Positions 25,845 to 34,212 of a stretch of DNA of 64,000 bases are shown piece after piece. Each line of letters starts with the position of its first letter. Positions within the stretch are counted from its first letter, which is position 1. The position numbers and the translations under genes were made by a program. The notes below the pieces were generated by a model, which saw only the letters and a list, made by a program, of their open reading frames with translations, was not told the DNA's origin and searched no databases. This DNA is from a virus: IMG/VR virus record IMGVR_UViG_3300049822_000176, positions 1-64,000 of that record; one strand, given 5' to 3'.

Positions 25845-26245
25845 GCCAGATTCGTTCCGAGGTGCGCAATGCTGTCGGACAGGTACGACCAGGTGCCGCC
25901 CGCACCCGCGGCGATGTACCAGAACGCGATACCGAGCAGGCCGACCTGCTTCGTCGTCAGCTTCTTGAACAGGATGAACACCGCGAGGGCGAGCGCAAGG
26001 GCCGGCATGGTCAGGCCGGGCACCACTCCCCTGGCCGTATCGATCATGCTGCCGACGAAGTCCGGGACGATCCCGAAGATGCCGCCCGCCGCCTTGTACG
26101 CAGACCCGGCGAGCATCGCCAGGATCAGCGTCGGCCACCAGCCGAGCGGCTTCAGCTGGCCGCCTGCGGGGATGCCGACGAGGAGCAGCACAGTGAGGAC
26201 GACTGCCAAGCCGACGGGGCCGAGGTTGCCGAACACGCTGTTCAC
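25841..26245 (-). CDS. polytopic membrane protein
   Basis: 134 aa from GTG 26245 (VNSVFGNLGPVGLAVVL...), with about four hydrophobic segments. Confidence 0.55.
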   Translation of the reverse strand: MNSVFGNLGPVGLAVVLTVLLLVGIPAGGQLKPLGWWPTLILAMLAGSAYKAAGGIFGIVPDFVGSMIDTARGVVPGLTMPALALALAVFILFKKLTTKQVGLLGIAFWYIAAGAGGTWSYLSDSIAHLGTNLA

Positions 26246-26255
26246 GAGGGGTTCC

Positions 26256-26906
26256 TTACGGGTGCGGGGCGTACAGGAGCACGCCGACGACGGTGGAGGT
26301 AACAGGCACTGCGGCGAGCCACGCGACCGGTTTCCACCAGTGGCGGGTACGCCGGTAGACGAGGACCGTTCCGGCTGCGGCGCCGTACCAGAACACGGCC
26401 TGCGGGCCGACGAGTCCCGTGCGGTCGATCCAGGCGGTGACGTAGGTGGCATAGCCGACGAGGCCCGTTGACCAGCCGAGATAGGCGGCGGAAGCGTGAT
26501 AGCCGAGCCACTTCAGCCGGTACGGGACGCGGTCCCAGGCGTCGGTGAGGGACTGCCGAGGCGACGGCGGCCGGGTGTCCCATGCGGCCTGCGCGCCGCC
26601 CGGCTTCGGGCGCCTGGACTTGCGCTTGGCCTTGCGGCCAGGCTTCGTCCGAGGCTTCTTCGGCTTCGCCTCGGCGGGTGCGGCCTCAGGTTCCTCGACG
26701 GCCGGCTCAGGCTCGGGTTCAGGCTGAGGCGTCTCCTCCTCGACGGGTTCCGGCTGGGCTTCGAGGAGATCGTCAAGCCAGTCCCGCGGCCGGGCGGCCG
26801 GCTTCGGGGGAACCGTCGGCTTCGGCGGGACGGCGTCGGGGCCGACCTGATGGGCGACGAGGAGGGCACGGATACGGAGCTCGTCCGCTCCGGGTGTCTG
26901 ATTCAC
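26256..26906 (-). CDS. membrane protein with Pro/Glu/Lys-rich N-terminal half
   Basis: 216 aa, with C-terminal TM segments (YLGWSTGLVGYATYV..., AAVPVTSTVVGVLLY). Confidence 0.6.
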   Translation of the reverse strand: MNQTPGADELRIRALLVAHQVGPDAVPPKPTVPPKPAARPRDWLDDLLEAQPEPVEEETPQPEPEPEPAVEEPEAAPAEAKPKKPRTKPGRKAKRKSRRPKPGGAQAAWDTRPPSPRQSLTDAWDRVPYRLKWLGYHASAAYLGWSTGLVGYATYVTAWIDRTGLVGPQAVFWYGAAAGTVLVYRRTRHWWKPVAWLAAVPVTSTVVGVLLYAPHP

Positions 26907-26928
26907 GGGTACGTCCCTTCTGCGAGGG

Positions 26929-28278
26929 TCAGGCGGACTTCGACTTCTGCGCGTCGGCGTACAGCCGCTGGGCGGTGACGAGCCGGTCGTAGGCGGTGGT
27001 CTGCTTCAGGCCGAAGCGCTCCTGAACCCACTTCAGGGAGACCGCTTCGGGGTTGCTGGCTTCGACCATGCGGGCGAGGACTTCGGCGACTTCGGTCTGC
27101 TTCTTCGCGCGGGGCCCGGTGATGGGCGAAACCGAAATCGAAGCGGCATCCGAAGTGCCGGTCTTCTTGGAGGCTGAAGCCGAAGCTGCTGCTTCGACGG
27201 CAATGCGCTGGGCACGCTCGCGGGCCTGCTGCTCCCGGGCCTGGCGTTCGGCTTCAGACTGGAGGCGTGCCTGCTCAGCGGCCCGGCGCTGCTGGTTCAG
27301 TTCGGCTTCGGCTTCGGCCTCGCGCTGGGCTCGGACGATCTCAGCGAGCTTCGCTTCGGTTTCGGCTACGAGGATGCGGGCCGCTTCGGCTTCGCGCCGC
27401 CGGCTGGCTTCGGCTTCGGCCCTGGCGCGCGCTTCGGCCGCTTCGGCTTCGGCGATTTCAGCCCGCCGCTTCGCTTCGACTTCAGCGGTTCGCAGGGCGG
27501 CCTGATGCTGCGCTTCGGCTTCCGCTTCCGCTTTCACCCTGGCTTCGGCCGCGCGCTTCGCTTCGGCTTCGGCCAGCTTCGCGGCCTCCCGCTCCGGGAG
27601 TTCGACGGCCTCCCGGATGCTCATGCCGTCCTTGGCGAGGGACAGCACCAGCACCTGCTCTGCGGTCGCCTTCCGCCGCCACGACCAACGCCCATGCTCC
27701 TTACGGAGCTGGGCTACGTAGATGCGGCGCTCCCGCTCGAGGTCGAGAACGGTGTCCCAGGTGCGGATGCCCCACAGGCGCTGGCGCCGCCACAGGATGA
27801 ACGTGCCGGCCGGGTTGAGGAACCAGCGGGCGACGTTCGGGCCTTCGAGGTGCTTGTCCGCGGTGATGTCGGCGATGCGGCCGATGGCATGCCGTGCGGC
27901 TTCGACGGCGATGACGAAGAGGATCGGGATGGTGCCGTGCATGCCGGTGCCGACGGGGTCGGGCCACGCGGTGACGGCGTTGAAAGCAATGGTGGCTGCG
28001 GTCAGACCCCACGCGGTGTAGCGCAGGAGAGGGAAGGCGATGCGCCGCCAGGTGAGGAGGAGGTCGAGGGCGAGGAAGGCGATGATGCCGGCGTCGACGG
28101 CGACGGGGAAGGCGTGGGCGAACTGGCCGAAGCCTTTTGTGGCGGCGAGTCGGGTGACGGCCGTGTAGGAGCCGACGAAGCCGAGGGTGGCGATGGTGAG
28201 GACGGCGCCGACGACGATCCCGGTGAGGATCTTCTGGGTGCGGGTGAGGGGCTGGAGGGGATTCCCCGGCGTGGTCAC
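26929..28278 (-). CDS. DUF2637-like membrane protein with long Ala/Glu/Arg coiled coil and C-terminal HTH-like end
   Basis: 449 aa from GTG 28278 (GTGA overlap). Four N-terminal TM helices (AFPVAVDAGIIAFLALDLLL...) are typical of DUF2637, followed by an AEAEAKRAAEARVKAEAEAE-type repeat region. Confidence 0.65.
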   Translation of the reverse strand: MTTPGNPLQPLTRTQKILTGIVVGAVLTIATLGFVGSYTAVTRLAATKGFGQFAHAFPVAVDAGIIAFLALDLLLTWRRIAFPLLRYTAWGLTAATIAFNAVTAWPDPVGTGMHGTIPILFVIAVEAARHAIGRIADITADKHLEGPNVARWFLNPAGTFILWRRQRLWGIRTWDTVLDLERERRIYVAQLRKEHGRWSWRRKATAEQVLVLSLAKDGMSIREAVELPEREAAKLAEAEAKRAAEARVKAEAEAEAQHQAALRTAEVEAKRRAEIAEAEAAEARARAEAEASRRREAEAARILVAETEAKLAEIVRAQREAEAEAELNQQRRAAEQARLQSEAERQAREQQARERAQRIAVEAAASASASKKTGTSDAASISVSPITGPRAKKQTEVAEVLARMVEASNPEAVSLKWVQERFGLKQTTAYDRLVTAQRLYADAQKSKSA

Positions 28279-28436
28279 TTCGTCTGGTCCTTCCGGACGG
28301 GGCGGTGGGAGCGCCAGGCGTAGGCGGCGAGGAGAGCGCAGACGAGGGCGGGTGTCCACAGTCCGTTGGCCGCGGCGAACACGGCGAGGACGGTGAAGCC
28401 GTACCGGGCCAACGGGGTGCGGAAGTCGCGGCGCAT
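28275..28436 (-). CDS. small two-TM membrane protein (53 aa)
   Basis: Below the track cutoff. ATG 28436 is preceded by AAGGAG. It reads MRRDFRTPLARYGFTVLAVFAAANGLWTPALVCALLAAYAWRSHRPVRKDQTK. Confidence 0.5.
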   Translation of the reverse strand: MRRDFRTPLARYGFTVLAVFAAANGLWTPALVCALLAAYAWRSHRPVRKDQTK

Positions 28437-28505
28437 CTGCTGCTCCTTGGGGCGGAGGCCGGCCCCTCGCGGGGGGAGTTTCGCGAGGGGCCGGGGTCTG
28501 GTGGG

Positions 28506-28697
28506 TTATTGCCGGTAGCGGCCGCGGCGTGCCCGTTCGGCTTGGCGGTCCTGGTCTTCCCAGGCTTGGCCGGCGCGGTCGGCTTGGCGGGCTCCGCTGG
28601 TTTTGCTGCGGAAGAACCGTCCGGCTGAGCCGGTGACCGAGGTTCCGGCGGCGGGGTAGTGGCGGCTGGTTTGGTCGCGGCGGAAGGGCCAGGCCAT
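28506..28697 (-). CDS. small basic hypothetical protein
   Basis: 63 aa. The ATG shares 1 nt with the upstream TAA (TAATG). Confidence 0.4.
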   Translation of the reverse strand: MAWPFRRDQTSRHYPAAGTSVTGSAGRFFRSKTSGARQADRAGQAWEDQDRQAERARRGRYRQ

Positions 28698-28828
28698 TAC
28701 CGGTTGCTTTCGCCGTGGAGGATGCCGTCGCGTTGGCCGGGGCCGCCTTGGGCTGCGTGCTGGCGTGCGGCGGTTTGGGCGGCGGTGTAGTCGGTGACGG
28801 CGGGGTTGGGGTGCGGCTGGTCGCTCAC
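28697..28828 (-). CDS. micro-ORF (43 aa, P/Q/A-rich), uncertain
   Basis: GTG 28828 overlaps the upstream TGA (GTGA). It is part of a chain of coupled micro-ORFs. Confidence 0.3.
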   Translation of the reverse strand: MSDQPHPNPAVTDYTAAQTAARQHAAQGGPGQRDGILHGESNR

Positions 28829-28950
28829 AGGGAGCCTCCGGGGGTGCGGCGGGGGAGGCTGTCGTCGGGGTGTGGGCGGGGTGCGGGTATGGGGAGGGGT
28901 TGTTGCGGGTTGCCGGTGGGGCGTGTGTGTTCGGGCTGCTGGCCGCTCAT
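28825..28950 (-). CDS. micro-ORF (41 aa, P-rich), uncertain
   Basis: ATG 28950 overlaps the upstream TGA (ATGA). Confidence 0.3.
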   Translation of the reverse strand: MSGQQPEHTRPTGNPQQPLPIPAPRPHPDDSLPRRTPGGSL

Positions 28951-29090
28951 GACTGGGCCGCCTGCTGCTGGCGCGGGTGGGTGGCGAACGCCTGCTCGAG
29001 GCGTTGCAGGGCGGCGGCGGCCGGGGGCGGGAGCTCTTGCGTGGGGGTGGGTTGTTGCGGGGTGGTGTCGGTACGCTCTTGCACAGTCAT
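28947..29090 (-). CDS. micro-ORF (47 aa), first gene of the membrane-protein operon, uncertain
   Basis: ATG 29090 is preceded by CAGGAGCG. It reads MTVQERTDTTPQQPTPTQELPPPAAAALQRLEQAFATHPRQQQAAQS. Confidence 0.35.
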   Translation of the reverse strand: MTVQERTDTTPQQPTPTQELPPPAAAALQRLEQAFATHPRQQQAAQS

Positions 29091-29117
29091 CGCTCCTGTT
29101 AGGGCAGGGGTGGTGGT

Positions 29118-29151
29118 GGCCCCGACCGAGGGTGAGATCTCGGTCGGGGCC
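29118..29151. promoter_or_regulatory. 13-bp perfect inverted repeat in divergent control region
   Basis: ggccccgaccgag / ctcggtcggggcc with an 8-nt loop. Confidence 0.4.
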
Positions 29152-29180
29152 GTACTTGTTGGTGCCGTTCCAGAGTGCAC

Positions 29181-29207
29181 GATCTGCTTTACAACGTCAA
29201 GCAGATC
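29181..29207. promoter_or_regulatory. 9-bp inverted repeat (GATCTGCTT/AAGCAGATC) abutting the RBS of the HTH gene
   Basis: Read directly. GGGAGG follows at 29209..29214 and GTG at 29223. Confidence 0.45.
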
Positions 29208-29222
29208 AGGGAGGATGTTGCC

Positions 29223-29717
29223 GTGCCCAAGAGCCCTGAACCAGAGGGGAGCCCGCGCTTGATGACCACCACCGAGATCGCGGCGGAGCACGGGGTCAGC
29301 CGTCAGACGATCCACACGTACCGGCGGACTGGCGTCTTCCCTTCCCCTGTCGAGGGCGAGGGCAGCACGCGGCCACGCTTCCGCGAGGACGAGGTGGCCG
29401 CGTTCTTTAAGGCGAACCCCAAGCAGCCACGCAAGAAGCGGCGCTACCCGCCCGAGCAGCAAGGAGATCCCATGACCGCCCGCGCAGACCTGTACGCGTT
29501 CGCGATGCAGGGCAAGCCGCATTCGCCGGACAACTCGGAGAAGGCATCCGAGAGGATCGACGCCTTCCGGGCGGCTGTCCTCCGTCAGGCTGCCGATGCG
29601 CTGGACGAGTCCGAGACGCTGCGGGATCTGACGGACGACCACATGCACGACGTGAACGCTGCGGCGAACGAGCTGCGCCGCATGGCCGACGAGCCGCCGC
29701 AGCCCGAGGAGGTCTAA
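29223..29717 (+). CDS. excisionase/MerR-type HTH DNA-binding protein with extra C-terminal domain
   Basis: MTTTEIAAEHGVSRQTIHTYRRTGVFPSP...RFREDEVAAFF is the excisionase-family HTH pattern. Start choices are 29175, 29223 and 29262. It is divergent from the 29090 operon. Confidence 0.65.
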   Translation: MPKSPEPEGSPRLMTTTEIAAEHGVSRQTIHTYRRTGVFPSPVEGEGSTRPRFREDEVAAFFKANPKQPRKKRRYPPEQQGDPMTARADLYAFAMQGKPHSPDNSEKASERIDAFRAAVLRQAADALDESETLRDLTDDHMHDVNAAANELRRMADEPPQPEEV

Positions 29718-29741
29718 CGTCCGTAGCCCCCGCATACAGCT

Positions 29742-29769
29742 GGCCCCCGCCGACGTATCGGCGGGGGCC
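29742..29769. terminator. bidirectional terminator hairpin (12-bp stem, CGTA loop)
   Basis: ggcccccgccga-cgta-tcggcgggggcc, between convergent stops 29717 (+) and 29854 (-). Confidence 0.6.
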
Positions 29770-29853
29770 TTCGCTGTGCATCACCGGGGTTCCAGCCCGT
29801 GCCGCCTGTGTGCCAGCTGGAACACGGGCGGCAGGTTCATGCTCGCAGGCGTG

Positions 29854-30501
29854 TCAAACGGTGGGCGGACGGGGCGGGTCGTTCGGTTCTGTTTCTGGTG
29901 CGGCGGGCGAACAACTTCCGCCGGTCGCTTCGGCCGCTACCTCGGTGATCTTGTCGTGCAGGTCGGGTTGGTCGGCGGCGAGTTGCCGCCCGCACTGTGC
30001 GCCCTTCAACCAGGTGCGGACGTCGCCGGTGGTGATGGCCTGCTGGTTTCGGTCGGCGATGTTGCAGCATTCGGCGACGAACGCGAGCGCGTCTTGGGCG
30101 CGGTACAGGTCTGTGGCGAGTTCGGCGGCGAGGTCGCGGGCTTCCTCGGCGATCAGCTCGGGAACGTCGGTCGCTGCCGGCTCGGTGTCGAGGGCGGCGG
30201 CGAGTCGTTCGTTGGCGGTGGTGAGGCCGGGGTAGTTGCGGCAGATCCAGGCCGCTGCTTCTCGGACCCTTGCGACAACGGCTTCGGCTTGTTCGGCGCG
30301 GTCGCGCATGGTGGTCCAGTCGCAACGGAGGCGGTCGGCTTCCCGGCCGTACTGGTCGCGTTCCTTCTCGGTGCTGCTGTGGGTGGCGTACCAGGCGGCG
30401 GCGGTTTCGCTGTCGGCTGCGGCTTGTCGTGCGCGTTCGAGGGCGGCGCGTTCGAGGTCGGGGTCGACGGGGCGGGCGGTGTAGCGGTGCTGGTCGGTCA
30501 T
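29854..30501 (-). CDS. hypothetical protein (last gene of early operon)
   Basis: 215 aa from ATG 30501 (ATGA overlap): MTDQHRYTARPVDPDLERAALE... Confidence 0.6.
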   Translation of the reverse strand: MTDQHRYTARPVDPDLERAALERARQAAADSETAAAWYATHSSTEKERDQYGREADRLRCDWTTMRDRAEQAEAVVARVREAAAWICRNYPGLTTANERLAAALDTEPAATDVPELIAEEARDLAAELATDLYRAQDALAFVAECCNIADRNQQAITTGDVRTWLKGAQCGRQLAADQPDLHDKITEVAAEATGGSCSPAAPETEPNDPPRPPTV

Positions 30502-31130
30502 GGGGTGGGCTCCGGGGTGTCGAGGGCGGTGTGGATGCGGTCGATGGCGTGGACGATGCCGCGTTCGCGGTCGGTGTGGGGTTGGCCGTCGGCGAGGACG
30601 GCGGCACGACGCAGCTGGTCGCAGGCGTCCCGGGCGCGGGTGAGGGCGGCTTCGGCGCGGTCGCCGCGTTCCTGCCACGTGTGCCGTTCGGCGGCCATCT
30701 GCTGCCGCTGCTCGAGGGCGAGGCGGGCGGCTTCGTCGGCCCGGTCGGCGCGCTGTATGGCGGCGACGCGGTCCTTCTCGTTGACGGCGAGTTCGTCGTG
30801 CCAGCGGTCCCGGTCGGCTTCGGCCGTCTTGGCGCGCTTGCTGACGGCCCGGACCCAGTCTGCGAGGCGCTCCACCTCGGCAGCCTGCTCGTCCCGCTGT
30901 TTCTCTGCCGTGTCGGCGCGCTGTTTCTGCTGCTCCCAGTCGTCGACGGTGGGTGCTGCGTCGCCGCGTCCGCAGTCGGGGCAGTAGCCGCGCGCCACCT
31001 GGCGGAGGGCGGCGAACGCGTCCAGCTCGGGCTTCAGCGCCGCGTACACGGCGCGGGCTACGTCGTCGGGGTAGCCGGCGGCCGTGTCGTGGAGGACGCC
31101 GGTGATGCGGGCGAGGATCGGGTCGGTCAT
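30498..31130 (-). CDS. hypothetical coiled-coil protein
   Basis: 210 aa with a CPDCG motif and a long charged helical region. Confidence 0.6.
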   Translation of the reverse strand: MTDPILARITGVLHDTAAGYPDDVARAVYAALKPELDAFAALRQVARGYCPDCGRGDAAPTVDDWEQQKQRADTAEKQRDEQAAEVERLADWVRAVSKRAKTAEADRDRWHDELAVNEKDRVAAIQRADRADEAARLALEQRQQMAAERHTWQERGDRAEAALTRARDACDQLRRAAVLADGQPHTDRERGIVHAIDRIHTALDTPEPTP

Positions 31131-31300
31131 CGCTGCTTCTTCCGTCGGGCGCGTGCGAGGGCGCGGCGGGTGGCGCGGTTGGGTGTGGGGTTGGGGGCGT
31201 TGAGGTCGATGACGGTTTCGGTGCGGACGAGGGTGGTGTCCCAGGTGACGCCGGGTGTGCCGGCGTGTTCGCCGCGCGGGCTACTCGACGGGCCGGTCAC
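31127..31300 (-). CDS. small hypothetical protein (57 aa)
   Basis: GTG 31300 in a GTGA overlap, with a basic C terminus (RRALARARRKKQR). Confidence 0.4.
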   Translation of the reverse strand: MTGPSSSPRGEHAGTPGVTWDTTLVRTETVIDLNAPNPTPNRATRRALARARRKKQR

Positions 31301-31749
31301 GGCTGCTCGCTGGTGTCGTTGAGGCGTCCTCGGATCCACTCGGCGTCGGACTCGGCGACGTGCGCGCCTGCCGACCGGCAGACGATGATCTGCATGGGCT
31401 GCCCGTCGCCGTCCCGCTCTGGGCTGAGGAACGCGCCCCAGGTCTGGCCGTGGTCGGGCGGGGTGTGGCCGTCGGGGCAGTGCGGGCAGCCAGGCACGAG
31501 CGCGTAGCCGGGTGCTTCCTCGATGGCGCGGAGCACGGTGAGCGGGTCGTCGTGGGCCTGGGGGTCGATCATGTCGGCTGCGTCCCGGTAGTAGATCCGG
31601 GTGAGGCCTGACTTCCGGCCGCGCGCCGACTCGCCACGGATGTGCTCGGCGAGCTGGTGGGCGTGGACGGTGAGGATGCCGTCGATGACGTCTTCGGGGA
31701 TGCCGTGGTCGGTGAGCATCTGACGGGCGTCTAGGGGCTTCTCGGTCAT
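31297..31749 (-). CDS. hypothetical protein
   Basis: 150 aa from ATG 31749 (MTEKPLDARQMLTDHGIPED...), with a CPHCPDGH motif. Confidence 0.6.
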   Translation of the reverse strand: MTEKPLDARQMLTDHGIPEDVIDGILTVHAHQLAEHIRGESARGRKSGLTRIYYRDAADMIDPQAHDDPLTVLRAIEEAPGYALVPGCPHCPDGHTPPDHGQTWGAFLSPERDGDGQPMQIIVCRSAGAHVAESDAEWIRGRLNDTSEQP

Positions 31750-31928
31750 GTGCTGCTCCGGGTGTGGTGTCGGCTGCGTGCGTGGAGGTAGAGGAGGCTG
31801 GGTGCAGGCCACGCCACGACGGCAACGAGCCACCAGGGCCAGTCGTTGGCGGCGAGCCAGCCGGCTGTGGTGAGGGTGGCGAGGGTGAGGGCGCGGCAGG
31901 TACGGGCGACGGCGAGATCGGGGGTCAC
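31746..31928 (-). CDS. small membrane protein (60 aa)
   Basis: GTG 31928 in a GTGA overlap, with two hydrophobic segments (WPWWLVAVVAW). Confidence 0.45.
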   Translation of the reverse strand: MTPDLAVARTCRALTLATLTTAGWLAANDWPWWLVAVVAWPAPSLLYLHARSRHHTRSST

Positions 31929-32284
31929 GACGGGCCGCCGAGGAGCTGCGCCGGGGTGTAGCCGCTGCCCTGCAAAGGGACACGGTTGCGGCGACCGAGG
32001 GCCGCGAACCACTCGATGCGGGTACGCCCGTCGACGATGGACTCGCGCATCCACTCGTGGCGGCCCTCAGGTGTGGTGGCGGGTGACGATTCGACGACGG
32101 TGATGAGCGCTTCGAGGCGGTCGGCTGCGCGCCGCGGGTAGCGGAATGTGGGCCGGGTGAGGCCGTAGTGGACGGTCATGAGGCTGACGTCGGTGAGGTT
32201 CGCGATCAGACCCCAGTCGAAGCCGGAGATGGCGTGCAGGTGTTGGAGGCGGTCAGCGGTCGTGGGTTCGTCGGCGGGGGTCAT
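31925..32284 (-). CDS. hypothetical protein
   Basis: 119 aa ORF-track frame. Confidence 0.55.
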   Translation of the reverse strand: MTPADEPTTADRLQHLHAISGFDWGLIANLTDVSLMTVHYGLTRPTFRYPRRAADRLEALITVVESSPATTPEGRHEWMRESIVDGRTRIEWFAALGRRNRVPLQGSGYTPAQLLGGPS

Positions 32285-32337
32285 GTTGCTCCTTGTGCTG
32301 GTTGGGGGTGCGTGGTGCGAGCCCCCGAAGACGCGGG

Positions 32338-32670
32338 TCAGGCTTCGGTTCCGCAGGTGCGGCAGGCGAACCCGGCGGGCGGATGGTCCATGCAGGCGAA
32401 GCAGGCGGGCGCGGTGAGGAGCTGCTCCGGCCTCAGGCCGAACACGGTCGCGAGGACGACGAGGTCGTCGACGATGACGGCGACGGCTGGCGCGTGTGGG
32501 TCGCGGCCTCGTTCGAGGCGGCCGATGGTGGCGAACCCGATGGGTTTGCCTGCGGCTTTGGTGAGGCGTTCGAGGTGGCGTTGGGACCAGCCGTGTGCGG
32601 TGCGGAGGGCGTGGATGCGGGCTCCGACGATGCGGGAGGTGGGGAGGTCTTCGGCGAGACGGGGTGGCAT
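32338..32670 (-). CDS. XRE-family HTH protein with C-terminal CxxC...CxxC
   Basis: 110 aa from ATG 32670. GARIHALRTAHGWSQRHLERL is the HTH, and the C-terminal end reads ...PACFACMDHPPAGFACRTCG. Confidence 0.65.
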   Translation of the reverse strand: MPPRLAEDLPTSRIVGARIHALRTAHGWSQRHLERLTKAAGKPIGFATIGRLERGRDPHAPAVAVIVDDLVVLATVFGLRPEQLLTAPACFACMDHPPAGFACRTCGTEA

Positions 32671-32821
32671 CAGGTGGCTTCCTTTCGTGTCGGCGGCTCT
32701 GAGCGCCTCTGTGCGGGTTCGGCGTCCGGAGCGACGCTGGAGCGGAGATCGGGCGCGAGAGGGGCCTTCAGAGGCCGTCTCGGGCCTGCTGTGGCCCGAC
32801 GGGACAGCCGCCGCCACGCCC

Positions 32822-33058
32822 TCACGCCTTCGTCTCCTCGGTGAACTCGATGACGATCTCCTCGTCGCGGACGTGGAACCGGAGCGCGTCGTCGTGGAGC
32901 GGCTGCTCCTTCGGGATCCCGTGGTGCCTGCGGTAGTCCAGCTCGGCCGCCGCCCACGCTTTGCCGATCTCGGCTGCTGCGGCACCCCACGGTTCGGCGG
33001 CGGGCACGATCCAACGGCGGATGGTGCGGGTCACGGTCTCGGACGTGAACTCAGCCAC
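32822..33058 (-). CDS. hypothetical protein
   Basis: 78 aa ORF-track frame. Confidence 0.55.
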   Translation of the reverse strand: MAEFTSETVTRTIRRWIVPAAEPWGAAAAEIGKAWAAAELDYRRHHGIPKEQPLHDDALRFHVRDEEIVIEFTEETKA

Positions 33059-33263
33059 GGGGCGTCTCCCTCGCGGTTGCGGCGGCGGCGTAGTCGAGGG
33101 TGCGCTGATCGTCCTCCGCCCTGAACGCGGCGTAGAAGTAGTGCCCGACGGGCGGGAACGACCGCGGGCTGTCGGGCCACTCGGCTAGGGCGGCGTCGGT
33201 CTCGTACTCGGCGGCGATCGTCTCGATGGAGAACCCGCAGGCATTCAGCTGGCGCTCGTTCAC
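33051..33263 (-). CDS. hypothetical protein (70 aa)
   Basis: GTG 33263 in a GTGA overlap: VNERQLNACGFSIETIAAEYE... Confidence 0.5.
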   Translation of the reverse strand: MNERQLNACGFSIETIAAEYETDAALAEWPDSPRSFPPVGHYFYAAFRAEDDQRTLDYAAAATARETPRG

Positions 33264-34114
33264 AGGGCGTCGAACCCCCGGCAGACGAGGTTGCTGGTGC
33301 TGTCGGGGTCGCAGGCGTCGCAGAGAAGTCGGCCGCTGACGGTGATGTGCTCGGCGCGGGTGTGGCTGCAGACGCAGACGGCGCGCGTCCCCGTCTCGTC
33401 CTGCGGTTCGGCGGACCCCACCGGCAGAACGGCAGGCGCGTCCGTCCAACCGGGGGCGTCGTGCCGGTTGCTGCACGGCTCACAGCGGTGGTCGCCGTCG
33501 TGTCCGGACGGCAGCGTGCACCAGCAGTCGCCGGGCCAGCCTGTCGGCGGTTCGGCGCTGCACCTCTCCGCCTCGTCGATAGCGGGCTGGTCGCCGACCC
33601 ATGAGGTCCACTCGTTGCCGTCTTGCCGCGTGTTGCGGTGGTAGCCGAGGTGCCCGGACGGCTCGGTACACGGGTAGCCATCGGAGCTGCGGTGCCCACA
33701 GGTGCCGGGCTCGGACGGCCTGTCGTCCTGTGTGTCGCCGTCGTGCGCCTCGGCAGCCAGACGACGCAGCAAGGCGGCAGCGTCCCGCCACGCGTGCTGT
33801 CCGGCCAGCGCAGCCTCGACCGGGTCCAGCGCCTCCAGCCGCGCGGCGGCTTCGGTGAGGGCGGCGGCACGACCAGCAGACGCAGACAGCACGGCCAGCA
33901 CCGCATCAGCAATCTCGCCCGGCGTTGCGTCGCCAAGACGCTCGCCGCCGGGAGGGGACCGGAACAGCCCGGCGATCCGGTCGCGCAGTCCGACCGGGCA
34001 GTCGTCCGCGTGGTCCGGCGGGTACAGCTGGAACGTCGACAGGTGGATGACGCCGCGGGTGCGCTCGTCATGGCGGCAGCGTCGGCAGTCGGCCGGCGTC
34101 TCGGGCTGGGTCAT
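33260..34114 (-). CDS. Cys/His-rich hypothetical protein
   Basis: 284 aa from ATG 34114 (MTQPETPADCRRCRHDE...), with multiple C/H clusters. Confidence 0.6.
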   Translation of the reverse strand: MTQPETPADCRRCRHDERTRGVIHLSTFQLYPPDHADDCPVGLRDRIAGLFRSPPGGERLGDATPGEIADAVLAVLSASAGRAAALTEAAARLEALDPVEAALAGQHAWRDAAALLRRLAAEAHDGDTQDDRPSEPGTCGHRSSDGYPCTEPSGHLGYHRNTRQDGNEWTSWVGDQPAIDEAERCSAEPPTGWPGDCWCTLPSGHDGDHRCEPCSNRHDAPGWTDAPAVLPVGSAEPQDETGTRAVCVCSHTRAEHITVSGRLLCDACDPDSTSNLVCRGFDAL

Positions 34115-34212
34115 GGGGTTCCTTCCGGTGGTGGGTGCGCCGGCCGCGGGCGGGCCGGCGGGTAGGTTGATGCGTGGCTCGGCCGGGTTGCTGCCGGCCG
34201 AGCCGACTGACG

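Noticed and set aside
24817-29717. A complete conjugative (AICE) transfer module
   Set aside because: No TraB/FtsK-like ATPase with Walker motifs and no replication or relaxase-type gene is present in the unit. Only the membrane/DUF2637/Xis-like flavour is shared with AICE transfer regions.
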